DNA of 64,000 nt from NCBI RefSeq assembly GCF_009914755.1, contig NC_060940.1. One strand, 5' to 3'. The notes beneath the pieces are model-generated. The model did not search any database, was not told the DNA's origin, and worked only from the letters and a program-made list of their open reading frames with translations. A program made the position numbers and the translations under genes. The DNA is from the human T2T-CHM13v2.0 reference genome, Homo sapiens. Below are positions 26,173-40,135 of this stretch, piece after piece (the stretch's first letter is position 1; every line of letters begins with the position of its first letter).

Positions 26173-26504
26173 AACCAGCCCTGAAATCTGCAAAGGATTC
26201 TCAGAAGCCCGAGCCTGAGGCTGCAAGGGGCTGGGGCTGGAGATGAGGCGGGTGCAGGGGCTGAGGATGGAGATGAGGGAGGGGCTGGAGCTGGAGGCCT
26301 CCCTGACCGCCCTGCCCCTGGCCGAGCCAGAGGGGAACCTTGAGGGGCAGAGTGGACTCAAAGGCAGAGGACGATGGGGGCATGGGAGGCACCTTGGCAG
26401 GGGTTCCCCGGCAGGCCAACGTCACCCGGCAGGGCAAGTCCCCTGCCTGAGACCATGACCCACCACGGGCCTGCCCTGGGGTGATCAGCAACACGCCCCC
26501 CAGA

Positions 26505-26630
26505 GTTTGTTCACTCATTCATTCATCCATTCATCCATTCATTCATTCATTCAATACCAAGCAGGCCCCACCAGGCAGCGGGCTTGGTCTAGGGTCCGGG
26601 GACATGGTGGACAGTTGGACAGACAGCTAA
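26505..26630 (-). mobile_element. L2 3' end with (TTCA)n microsatellite
   Basis: ttcattcattc run followed by degenerate L2 tail sequence. Confidence 0.6.
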
Positions 26631-26714
26631 GGCTTGTCCCAGGTGGCGGCCACTCACCAACAACACAGACAAGGAAAAGGCTCAGAGAGGAAGAGGGCTA
26701 CTTAGCCCAAAGCC

Positions 26715-26980
26715 CACCCACCGCCCCCCAGAGCACACTCACCCCCGGAGCACCCCTGCCCCCCCAGAGCACAACCGCCCCCCCAGAGCACACCTATCCA
26801 TCCCCAGAGCACACCCCGCCCCCCAGAGCACACCTGTCCATCCCCAGAGCACACCAGCCCCCCCAGAGCGCACCCAGCCCCCCAGAGCTCACCCGCCCCC
26901 CCAGAGCGTACCCGGCCCCCCGCAGCACACCTCCCGCCCCCGGAGCACACCTGCCACCCCCAGAGCACACCCACTCACCC
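26715..26980. repeat. Degenerate C-rich minisatellite (core cccccagagcacac, ~12 copies)
   Basis: Core recurs at roughly 19-23-nt spacing. Confidence 0.88.
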
Positions 26981-29900
26981 AAGGACGGGCTGAGACAGGA
27001 GGGCCCTGGCTGGTCCCTGGCGCCATCTTCTGTCAGCCTTGCCACAGACACCAAGCAGGGGCAGCCTCACGGGTGGGATGAGAAGGGGGCTCAGGGTCAC
27101 AGCCCAGCCCACCACTTCTCCCATCATCTGGTCTTGGGGTCCTCGGAGTAGCCGGCTAGCAGGGCAGGAGTGAGGAGCACTCCTCCAATGCTCCAATGCC
27201 CCCATTTTCAGATGGGATGGGCTCTGAGAGGGGAGGAGCTCCCAAGAGTGGTCAGGACCCAGGTCCGGGCATCCCGGCCGCAGGGCCACGGCTTTTCGAA
27301 ACACTCCTTGGATCTACCTGTGCTGTCTATGCAGCCGGCAGTGCTATTGGTCTAAGTGTGTTGATGTGGCCTCAGCTGTGACTTTGTGGGCTAAAGCCAG
27401 AGGGGGAGACTTCAGAGCAGGCTGCCTGGAGGAGGCGGCATTGCTTTTGGCCCTGAAGACTGGCTCCAACTCAGGGCAGGTCGGAAGCTTCGCAGATCAG
27501 GCTCAGGCAGAAAAGGAAGAAATTCAGCCAAAGGGGAGGCGGGGCCTGAGACAATCCAAGGAGCGGGGACAGGAGCCTGCCCTGCCCTGTGGCTCCCATG
27601 TTCCCATCAGGAGCTGCCCAGGCTGGGCCTGTGACCCCGTTGGGGTAATGCCTTTTCCTGAGTCAGCTGCAATGGGATGGGGTCAGAGAGAGCTGTGGTT
27701 CCCAACCCCCAACCCCCTCGCCTCACCAGCACACGCCTGACTACGGCCCACATCCAGCTCCTTGGGAAGCAGAGAGCCCAGCCATCACCCATCCACAGAC
27801 CCTCATCCTACAGCTGAGAGGAGCACAGTCAGGAGGGGAGAGGCTGCCCCCACGGTAGCTGCTGGGCCCCTGGGTGTCCAAGGGCTGGGCTGGCCTCTGC
27901 TTTCAGTGGGTGCTGGCCAGGAAAGCCACAAATGCCACATGGTGGTAACCAGGACCACACACCACTCAACCGGAACATTCCACAAAGAGGGCTGGACACC
28001 ACCCACTCCCACTGGCACATAGGAAGACCTGCCAGGGGATGTCAGATGCCTGAGCCCCCCTGCCAGGATCCAGTTCCTGGGATGAGACCCTTGCAGCTGA
28101 CCCACGCCCGGGTGGGAGAGGAGAAACTGCCCAACCCTCGTTCCCTGTGGTGATCGAGGAGGAGCTGTCTGGCCTCCTCTAACACGGGCTGAACCAAGCC
28201 TGACGAGGCCTGAAGGACTGTCACAGGGAGGGCTGCCGGATGGGGCTTTCACAACCTGGACACCTCATACATGCTCCCTCCAGGAGCCACACAGAGACCC
28301 AAGGCCAGGATTTTGAGCAGGGGGGCTCCGTGAAACAGCCGGTGCGGCCTGTGTGTGACCCCACACTGCCGGGGCCCGCAGGCCAGCGCTGGCCGAGAGC
28401 AGGACGTGGTGCAGAAAGACTGCGGCCCACACGGGTGGGTGACCCGGGACCCACAGGAGCTGAGGCTGCATCACAGAGCAGGCAGAGACGAGCTGGGGGC
28501 ATCGTGTGAACGAACGCCCCGGCGTGCCGTCCCGCTCCACGCCTGCACAGGAGCTGAAAGCTGGGGCCCCAGGCCCAGCAGCTGAACCTCCCACCCGAGG
28601 ACACCTGTTGCGCCCCAGGGAGAGGAGAGGCCTAACCAGAGGGTGGACACACCTGCGGCCATCAGGTCACCGCCGCGGCCATCACGTCACCGCCGCCCCC
28701 AGTGCAGGCACGGGGCTGGGTGATCTGTCCCGTACAGTCCTGTGGCACTAGCCGAGGACCACGACTGTCACCTCCACATTGCAGACGAGGAGATGGAGCA
28801 AGCCTGGGATGCGGCGAACAGCCGCCCCCGCCGCCCCCGCCATGTGGCTCGGGCCTAGCTGGCTGTGGGGACAGAGTAACTTTATTTAAATGCTAATCTG
28901 CTGATTAACCCCGGGTCTCGGAATGCCTCCAGACTGGCTGGTTGATGCATCATCTTCCTGCAGGAGCACCTACTCCCTGGCATTCACGTGCAGGAAAGAA
29001 AAAAAAGAGTGTCTAGTCCTCGTACGTTTCTTCCTAAACAAACCCGGTGCTGCAGCAGGAATCTGGCCACCCCACCCGCCACGTTCCCAGCCACCTGCAC
29101 ATTCCTCCCAGGGCACGATACGAGCCCCAGATCGGGCGTTTGGGTTCAGAGCTCTACCTGCCTGGAGGCTGCCTGAGGCCATGTTTCCGTCTGTAAGTTC
29201 CTGCCAGTAAATAGGCGGGTACCAACACACTTGCTCTGTCTGCCTCCTTTTATTTCCCGGCTCCTTCAGTATCTGGGGGTTGCTTTGCTTATACCGCCTT
29301 TTCACCGAACGGTGGCGCCTACCCTCAAAGCTCCCATCTCCAAAGGGGACAGTGCAGAAGGCACCATGAGAGGCCGGGGGCCCCCAGGCCAAGAGCTGCA
29401 GAGCGGCCTCACAGGAGAGCCTCGGGCGGTGGACAGGTGGGGACCGGGTGGGACCAGCAAGTCTGAGGAGACAGTGGCGCTCAGGAGTCAACCTGGCCAG
29501 CAGATCCTGACATGAGAAACCGGGGCCAGGGGGTGGCAATTCCTGGGTTCCCAGCACAGGGCAGAGCCTCGGAGCGGGGAGGGCGGGGGCCACCCAGGAG
29601 CCAGGACAGCAGAAGAAGGAAGGACTGGGGCCTGGAGTCCAGGTGTGGCCCAGCACTTGGGTCCAGGGTCACAGGAGTGAGCAGTCAGAGGTGTCCTCAG
29701 CCATGGAAGGTATCACACACCAGGCAGGGAAGTGGGGCTCTGCGGCCGCCATCTGGGAGCCTCGAGGGTGGTCTATGCTCTCGGGGTGACTGTCCACTCC
29801 TCACGGGCACCAGGCCACAGGGAGGGTGTGCAGGACGCCCACACCCAGCCCGATGTCCACCAGGAGCTCAGTCTTAGGCATGGAGGCACCTGCCCAACCT

Positions 29901-30090
29901 GGGTGCCTAGAAGGATCCTAAGAGGCCCCTCCACAACCTGGAGTCAGTCGTTCTGCCTCGGGACTCTGGACCCCACAATGGCCGCACTGGCCACTGATGG
30001 GGCGGGGTGGGCTAATGGACCGGAAGGATCTCGTGTGACATGTCCTCAGGAACCACACCCACCTGAGTGCTGTACAAAACTGGTGGCTGG

Positions 30091-30786
<696 letters not shown>

Positions 30787-33700
30787 TTAGACTCCAGGTT
30801 AGACCACCTGGAGGCTGAGCCCTCGGAGCCGGGGGCTGGAAGACGCGATGCATTGAGGTTAGGAGGAGGGACCTCGAGAGAGCTGGCAGCGCAGCAGCAC
30901 CTGGTGCAGGCCCTGGGTATGCAGGGGGCGTTGCTGGCGGGGGGGGGGGGGGTAGTTACCTAACCTGCCTGCTTTCCCGTGTGGTTAAAAGGCTCCAATG
31001 ACAGTGCCTGAGAGTGTGTGGACACTGGCAGCCTGTGAGAGCAGGGGCGGGTGGGAACAGGTCTCCAAAAGGACTGACGGGGCCTAGGAGACAGGAGAGG
31101 GACAGGTGCTTGAACAAGGGCTGGGGGCCAAGACGGGGGAAAGAGCTTCTCAAAGGAAGTGGAGCCATGGGCTGGACTGAGATCCCATCTCCACCTTCTC
31201 CAGGGCTTCCACACCCAGGAAGGAGAGCCCATGGGTTGAAGCTTCGTCACCTGGGAAGCAGGAGAGCCCGAGGGTTGGAGTCCATGACCTGGGGGTTCCT
31301 GGCCCTGAAGGAGCCAGGCTGCGGGCCGGAGCTGGGCCAGCTGCCATGGCTGGAGGCATCACTCTCCTTGGGTCCTCCCAACAACCTAAGGGTGGCACCA
31401 TCCCACCCCACAGACAGGCGAACTGAGCCCAGCATGGCCCAGCAAGAGACTCAAGTCACAGGCAGACTCCCCCAGCAGCCTCAGCTCCAGCAGATGCCCC
31501 AGGAGGCAGGAAGGGTCTGGGCCAGTTATCACAGATTTCACAGACTCCAGCCAGCCTCAGAAGGTGCCACAGAAAGGCCTGGCTGGACACCCCTCCGCCA
31601 CCCTCTGTGCCTCTACTTCTCTGCCCTGACCTAACTGGCAGAGAGGATATAGGGCTAGACGAATAGGCCCTCCGGGGTTGGGGACAGAGCAGCTGAATCC
31701 TGGGAGGAATCCCCAGGAGCCTCCTCAGCCCTGTGGTCCCACTATTTCAAGCATGGGTGGGTTCCTGGAAGCGGCTGCCCGGACTCTCCTCCCACAAGGA
31801 GATGGCCATTGAGGAGCAACAGCCCTCTCAGCCCAAGTCCTTGTGCACCGAGACCAACTGTGTGGCCCTCAGTCTGGCATTCAAGGCTCCCACCACTCTG
31901 GGTTAAGTGTCAGCTGACCCTGTGGGCTTCCTGCCACTCCCTGACAGACCAACATCGTGCTGCATCCCAGCCTTGGCCCCAGCAGTGGCCTGGCCTGGGG
32001 GCAACCCTGGCTTCTGTGAGCTCTGTCCCCACCCATCGTCACTCAGCCATCCCCAGGGCTCCTCCTGCTGTGATGCCAGTCATACCCGTGGCTCATAGCA
32101 GCTCATGCGTAACTGCTTCTCCCTGAGCCTATGACAGAGGCAGTGCTTGGAAATGCAAACCCACTGCCCCCACTCCACAGGCACCCACGGACTCACAAGA
32201 CACAGCAGATGCAGGAACAGCCTCGGCACCCACCTGCAGAGCAGGCCAAGCGGCAGGGGGTGCGGCAGAACCCTGTGGATCGTGTCTGTATGTGCCCTGC
32301 AGAATGACACCACTGGGCTCTGGCCCTGACCTCTCACAACTGCTGAGATGACCACAGATGAGCCCAATCTCCTCTGTCTTAGTTTGTTCGTCTATAAATC
32401 AAGAACCATAACTCCCTCCTCACAGGATTGTCGCAGAGACAACAGTGCCTGACACATAGCATGAGAGAGCAAACATGCACCAATCCCTGTGGCACTGCCA
32501 AGTGATACAAGCCACAGAGAGTCAGACGCCTACCATTCCTTTTGTGTAAAACTGAAATTCCACATGTCTAGGATGGACAAAAAGGCTGAGGAAGATCCAC
32601 ACCAAGCTGTTGCGTCTGCTCCTGCAGAAGAGGTCCTTGGTCCCCCCTACCCACGGCATTTCCCTTTTTTACAAGGGGAATGTTTTCATGCGTTGCTGGA
32701 GTTATCAACAAGTGAACTGGTCAAAAAGGAAAAGGACTGGAGGAAACAGACAGAAGCAGGGCAGGTCGCTTGGTCCAACCTTCCTCTCATCAAAGGAAAC
32801 AGAAGCTGGGAAGGACATCAGTCGTCTGAGTCCCCAGAGCTCACAGCGGCAGCTGCAGGGCTAGAACCTGGGCCTCCTGGCCGGGGCAGGCACCTTGCTA
32901 GGTCTTGACTTCTTTTGCTACCAGCTGAGCATGGGAAGCTCTGAAAGGGGCCGGGTGAGGGCAGGCGAGGATCAGAGTTCGCGGATGACAGCTGCCAGGC
33001 CAGGGCAGCTACAGGGAGCCGGGGTCCTGGTCCAAGCCCCAGCTGCCCTCCCCCTGGCCTGCTCCAACTCCTGCAAGAGCGCTCTCTGCCTTATTTGGCT
33101 TGGAAGAGAAACCGATAAACACTCCCGTGCTAGTGCTTTCGACGGTGGGCGGGGCCGGGCAGAGGAAGAGAGGAAGAAGAGCAGACGTGGTACAGGCAGC
33201 TCCTGGCGGCCGCTGCTCTGCCCTGCTCTGCAAGGGAGCCTGCTGGGCCTTCCCTGCCATGACCCCAGGCAGAGCACAAAAACCAAACCCAGACCCAGAG
33301 GGGCCATGAGGGCTCAGACGGATCCCACTTTTATGGAAGAAGAAGGCTGGCAAGGTTGGCCCAGGGGACGGGGGGAAGCCAGCCCGCCCCCAGACGCCCC
33401 GTGCAGCGTTCACAGCAAGGTCTATGGAGGTTCACACGGGCTGCATGGCCTACCACCCCAGAGTGCCAGCACAGGAGCCTTGGACAGCAGACAGAGGGGG
33501 AAGCTGTGTGGGGAGGGGACCTGGGGGGCTCCCCCAATGGAGGCCGAGCCCGGCCAGGCCCACCTTCACCAGCCACCCTGGCATCCGGGCCTGCTCCGCA
33601 CAGGCTCCCAAAACCCCAGCTGCTTCACTCCTTCTCCGCGCCAATCCCCACCTGCCCCTCAAAGGCCCCAGCGGACGTGACACCTGGTCCACGCCTGGCC

Positions 33701-34164
33701 CACCCCCCACGCCTGGCCCACCCTCCACAAGCAGAGGTCCTGCCTCCAGCGCCCACCACCCCACACGCCCACCTCGGACCTCGCCGGCGGGGCCTCCGTG
33801 CCCTCAGTGACAGTGACCCCGGCCGTGGCTACAGACGGCTGAGCCACGGGCTCCGCTCCCCCGGGGCGCTGGACCGTCTCAGGCTGGGATCCTGCACGGT
33901 TCTCTGTCCATCCCAATCCACCCCAAGCTGAGGACTGAGGAAGCCCCTCTTCCTGCCTCATGGACAAAGAAGAGTTGAGAGAAACTCAAGAAAAAGCCCA
34001 GTCTACACTCTCTGTCCAGCAATGAGAGAGAAAATGGATTCTAGAACACTTCACAAAGCTCTAAAAACCTCAGAGACCTTTGAACCAACTCCTGTCATCT
34101 CATGGGAGAACCCCAGGCCCTAGGAGAGCTTTGTCCAAAGGCAACAGTGGGACGTGGCCACAGG

Positions 34165-34416
34165 GCAGGCAGCACCCAGGGAGCTCAAGACAGGCAGGGA
34201 TCCGAGGGGAACGACCCGCCTTTAAGGCAGCAGGACCCAGGGAGCCCAGGACAGGCAGGGGCCCGAGGGGAGCCACCCGTCTTCGAGGCAGCAGCACCCA
34301 GGAAGCCCAGGACAGGCAGGGTCCCAAGCGGAGACACCCGCCTTTGACGCAGCAGCACCCAGGGGGCCCGGGACAGGCAGGGGCCCGAGGGGAGCCACCC
34401 GCCTTCGACGCAGCAG
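34165..34416. repeat. Degenerate ~60-bp tandem repeat x4
   Basis: gcagcacccagggagcccaggacaggcaggggcccgaggggagccacccgccttcga variants. Confidence 0.88.
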
Positions 34417-37032
34417 GAGGTAAACGGAATGTTCCTTACCTACTTGGAGCCCGGCCAGCAGCCTGGGGCACTGAGGAGCTTCTGGACCATTTAATTAGCT
34501 CGGTGTCCAGGTTTAATTAGCTCAGTGTCCAGGAAACTCAGTTTTATGGCTCATCTGACCTACACGGGGCAGGGTCCTGCAGGCCTGGTGGCTGCTGTGG
34601 GCTGGGCACCCACCGCACCTGCCACAGCCATCTGCTCTCAGACCTGCTGGCGTGGAGAGTCAGGACACCCTCCCGGACACACTCAGCCCGCAGCCCCTGG
34701 AGGGGTTTGCAGGGCAGGGTGGGGGTCCGTCTGTGAAGAAGGTGACTGTGCAGGAACAGAGGGTCAGCAGGCACCTGCTGCACACAGCCACGTGGGTGGG
34801 ACTGGGGGAACTGTCTCTGCCCAGGGAGCGGGGCAAAGCCCACAGGGTCCTGCAGGCATCAGCCCCTGGGATTCTCCCACAAGCCAGGGGTGACTCCACC
34901 ACGCCCATTTCACAGATGAGCACACAGAGGCTGCAGGAGGGGAGGGTTCCCCAGGTGACCTGCTGGTGGGTGGAACAGTGGCACCTGCACATCTGGGCCT
35001 GAGCTCTTGTGGCACTGCCCTGCCCAGGAGGGCACCAGGCTAAGAGTGACTTGCAGGGCACGATGGTGCTGACCAAAGGCCCAGCGGCACGGCCCGAGGC
35101 AGAAGCAGTCTGGTCCCAAAGCCGCCGCCTTCCGGTCCCCACACCATGGCAATGGTTGTGCTTGCGGGGTGGGGGCGGGTGAGCTGGGAGGTGCCTTTGC
35201 GTTCTCCCCGATGCTGCTCAGCATCCCATCCCCATCTTCATGGTACTTGGGGTCAGCAGTGAACGACCCCCAGCATGGCAGGAGACCAAGCAGAGATGAG
35301 AATGCCCCACCCCACGCGTGAGACATCCCCCACATCGGGGCCTGGGTGGCCCTTCCCCCACTTCCTCCTGACCCTCCCCACTGCCCTCCCCACCTCCCCC
35401 TCCCTCCCAGGGCCTGTCCTTCCCCACAGACGACCAGCAGCGCTGCCAGGGTGTGGAGGCCTCAGAGTTTTTCTGTGCTGGGCTCCCCTGCAGGGTCAGG
35501 GATCTGGGACTCATCCCTCAGCAACAGAGAAGGGGACAGATTCCAGGGCATGGGTGAGGCCTGCGTTCCACACAGAGCAATCCCCTGACTCTCTGCGCAG
35601 GTGGGTTCCTCGCCAGCCCCCGCAGCCTCTCCAGAAAGGGAGGAAACCAGGGCTTATCTGGGCAGCCATCTCTGGCGCAGATACAGGTAAATAGGTGGGG
35701 GACAGTGGGTAGAGGGTGTGGCCCCAGGAAGGACGCAGGTCCCGGAATGTCTGACGGAGCCGACCCTATGCCCCCACTGTGCCCTGGGAAGGGAGCTGGG
35801 TCAGGCAGAGCCACCTCTGTGAGCAGCAAGGTCTCCCTCCCGGCCCACCCAGAGCTCAGGGGTCTGGGCAGAGCCCAGCTGAAGAAAGGGCCCCCGCTGG
35901 CCTTTGCACACAGCAGGCACTCAGAGGGGCGGTGACAAAGTAAGACCTCCCACTCAGCTCTCCTTCCTTCACACACCATGGCCTCCCCCACCTGAGGTCA
36001 GTGATGGGCACTTTCCTGCCACCCTTGGATCGGCCCTGCCCACTGGCCCCCATCTGAGCTGCAGGCACTGCCCTCCTGGATTCCTGCTGCTCGACAATCC
36101 CGGGGACGGCAGGACCCCCTCCAGCCCCAAGGAGAGGATGTGTCTGGGGAGGAGAAGGGGCTCCCAGCCAAGCGGCCAACCCTGACTGCCAAGGGTAGAC
36201 CCCCAGTGGTGCCACGGCCAGAGGGGTTTGCCAGGTCACCCGTGGCAGCCAAGGCAAGGAAGGGGCAGCCTCTCGGGTCTCCCGGCAGCCCACAAGTGCT
36301 GTGTCGGCCCTGACCCTGAGCTGTGTGCCAGGAAGTGGCTTCTGTTGTGCCACTTGTCAGACGGGGAAACTGAGGCACGGTGGGCTTACAGGGCACTGTG
36401 TGGACAGTGTGGCCTCCCACAGCTTCAGCCGCCCTGCACACAAGCCCTGACCAGGCCTGGCTGAGAAGGACAGCCACAAGGTGGTCCCTCGGCCAGCAGC
36501 TATGAGTTCACAGGTCCCACAGGCTCTTTCCTGAGACCCCCAGTCCCCAATACGCCCGAGCCCCCACCTTATACCCAGGAGCTCCAGGCTGCAGGACTAG
36601 GAATTGGCAGCTCCCTAAGAACCACAGCTTTCCATGAGCAGCCGTCATGGGGGTAGCCCGTCCAGAGGGTGCAACCAAAACAGTCTGGCCCTGGGGCACT
36701 TGGACAGGGTGCAGGTCCAGGGGTAGAGCCAGAGACACCTGGCGTTCCAGGTCATGATTCAAGCCTGCCCAGGGGCCAGCTGGTGAGCTAGCAGCCAATG
36801 TCCTCCGGAGATAGGGATGAGACGCAGGGCTGGCTCCTGGCGGCTCAGGGCACTTACGGGGGCCCAGTTCCTCTAGGAGGGCCCTGCTCGAGGTCTCAGC
36901 CTGTGAGCAGCTCCTGTGTGAACAGGGCGGCCCAAGGCAGAAGCTGGAGGTGAGCAGAACCGGCTCCAGACCAGCAGCCAAACCCCTGCTTCTTCTCTGG
37001 GATTCTGTCTCTTCATCTAGAAAGTAGCAGTG

Positions 37033-37178
37033 GGCCAGGTATGGTGACTCCTGCCTGTAATCCAGCAGTTTATGAGGCCAAGGCAGAAGGTTCGCTTGAC
37101 CCTGAGAGTTCAAGACCAACCTGGGCAACACAGGAAGGCCTCATCCCGATTTAAAAAACAAAACAAAACAGAACAGAA
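37033..37178 (+). mobile_element. FLAM / Alu left monomer
   Basis: ggccaggtatggtgactcctgcctgtaatcc...gagttcaagaccaacctgggcaaca. Confidence 0.85.
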
Positions 37179-38106
37179 CAGGAAGGCACTGACATGCCTC
37201 GTCACCTGGAGCTGCCAGCCAGGGTCTGGCGTGATACAAATGTGCAGAGTGAAGAACCAGGTCAGGGCAGCACTGGGTAACAGCCGGTAGGTGCTCCCTG
37301 ACACTCTCTGGCTGACCCAGGGAGTGGACAGCACATTCCAGAGGCCGCATGGACCACAATGATTACATTGATTAGCATGGAAGGGCCGATGTTAAGGTCT
37401 GGGTAAACAAGGTCGCTCTGTGACCTGGAGCTGGCCCCGCCCCCAGCATTCCAGACTAATTGAGAGGGTAAGATTCCTGAAATGAAGGCTTTGGAAGCTA
37501 GGAGGCAGCTCTCCGGGCTCTGTGAGGCCGTCACAGCCATCCTGCCCCAGGCACACCTGTACACCTGCACACAGGGTCGGCACGCAGGGGGTCAGGTGTG
37601 GTTGGAAGCCCGTGGTTCAGAGGGGTTTCAGGAGCCCACAGCCTCCTGGGGGCCAAAGTGCACGATGAGCCACAGTTAGCACCAGATGCTGAGCTGGGTC
37701 CTCAGGGAAGGCTTCCCCGGGGGGCACCAGAGCAGGACCCAGTGGCAGGAAGGATCTGGGAACATCAGATGCGAAGGTCCTGGGGGAAACCCAGAGGTCA
37801 TGAAGCTGCGGAGGGTGGGGCGGGGTACGAAGCGGGATGTGCCTTGAGACACGGGGTCTCGGCCACAGGAGATGGGGTCCTCTTGAAGCCCCAGCAGCAA
37901 GCACGTGGCAATGCCCTCCCGGCGCCCAGGTTCCATATAACCCATTCTCCAGAGCTGAAGTCCACACCACCAGCGTCGCTGGATCCTGAGCAGGTAGATT
38001 CTTAGGCTGAGGTTCATCCAAACCCAGGCGCCATGTTCTAAAGTGTCCTCTGGGAAACATGAACGTGCTCTCCAGGCAGAGATCACGCGTCGACATTCCC
38101 CTGCCA

Positions 38107-38452
<346 letters not shown>

Positions 38453-39304
38453 TCATGCCGTGACCTCCCAAAACAAGGACTCCGCCCTCGGCACCAGGGG
38501 CAGACACTGGCGACCACTCCAACCATGGCCCCAGCAACTCACCCCAGAGAGGCAACAAGGGCTTCCTAAGAAGCCTGGCCATTGAAAACCTCCCGGTAGC
38601 CGCCTCTCAGGAGCACTGCCTTCTCAACACAGCTACCTGGCCCTGGCAGACCCGGCTGCCCACTGTGTCCTCAGCGGTGCTGGACCCAGGACAGAAGATG
38701 GGGTGCTGACTCAGAGCCCTCACCCTGTGATTTACCCAGCGGCACCCAGCCCCCTGGCCTGTCCAGTCTGGCCTGTCTAGACTGCCCCAGGGCCCAGTCA
38801 CAGGCTGGCCTGCTCTCTAGGGACTTCCCCGGCACTCAGAGAGGAATGCAACCTGGCCACCTCCCTCGCAGGCAGGAGGGGAGTCACCAGCCACTCGGAG
38901 GCAGCCTGGAGAGGGGGTGTCACGGGCAGGTGTCTGGTCACACTCCCTTCAGAACCTTGCTTCCCCTTCCCCCCAGGCCACTGGGACAGGGCAGGAGAGG
39001 GAGGGGAATCTCAGGGCAGGTGTCCAGGATGGTCGTACATCATGTCTGTGTACTTCTGCAGGAGACTGGGGTCTGGTCCTAGCTCAGCCCTCCCCTCTCT
39101 GTGCCTTGAGTTCCCAGTAAGTGAAATGGGGACAGAATTGGGCACCTGTACCAGAACCATCTTGCCCTCCCAGTGGATGCCACCCCAGAAGCACTGCCCG
39201 GACACGTGGCCAGGTGAGCACCTCGTATAGCTGGCAAGGGGCTGGACAGCAGCGCCTGGAGCCTGGCTCCCTGGTCTCTAGAGAGCCCAAGTCGTTATCT
39301 CTAA

Positions 39305-39609
39305 TTTTTTTTTTTTTTTTTTTTGAGACAGAGTCTCACTTTGTCGCCCGCCCAGGCTGGAGTGCAGTGGCACAATCTCGCGCACTACAACCTCTACCTC
39401 CTGGGTTCAAGCGATTCTCCTGCCTCAGCCTCCCGAGTAGCTGGGACTACAGACACCTGCCACCACACCCGGCTAATTTTTCTATTTTCAGTAGAGATGG
39501 GGTTTCACCATGTTGGCCAGGCTGGTCTCGAACTCCTGACCTCAGGTGACCCGCCCACCCAGGCCTCCCAAGGTGCTGGGGATACAGGTGTGAGCACTGC
39601 ACCCGGCCG
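39305..39609 (-). mobile_element. Alu
   Basis: Poly-T followed by antisense Alu. Confidence 0.95.
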
Positions 39610-39734
39610 CTATCTCCATTCTGAACAGGGTGCTGAGGATGGAGGAGGTGCGACCAGAGACATCACATGCGAGTCAGCGCACGGCTGTGTTCTCAGTCGG
39701 CAGCGTGGGTGCCGTGGTCACGCCTGCGGGTGGG

Positions 39735-40135
39735 GTGTGAGGGTTGATTCATGTGTCAGCGCTGCTGGGCCACGCTGCCCAGTTTAGTCAAACGCCAATC
39801 GCAATTTGGTGTGCAGGTGTTTTTAAAATGAGATTGATTTAAATCAGCAGACGGCATGAGGGCCTCATCCAATCAGCTGAAGGCAGGGGAGTGTCGCCTA
39901 AGGGCCCGGAGGAGGAATTCCCAGGACCGCCACAGAGAAGCCCGGCCTGAGCGCACAGCCTGGACTCGAGACTGCAACAGCGGCTCTTGACAGCCAGCGC
40001 GCCCTGCGAACTTCAGACGTGACAGCCCCACAATCGCGTGCGTCAGCTCCTTAAAATAAATACCCATTTCACAGGTAGAGAGACATATCAATATATAACA
40101 AGCACCAGGCTGGTGTGGCCGAGGCCTGGGGACCC
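39735..40135 (+). mobile_element. MLT2 (ERVL) LTR remnant
   Basis: atgagattgatttaaatcagcagac; ggcctcatccaatcagctgaagg; ccacaatcgcgtg...ccttaaaataaat. Confidence 0.7.

Noticed and set aside
30939-30952. G14 homopolymer
   Set aside because: Isolated mononucleotide run with nothing to support a function.
32489-33931. 139-261-aa plus-strand ORFs in intron 1
   Set aside because: No recognisable protein features or exon structure; lengths are expected at this GC content.
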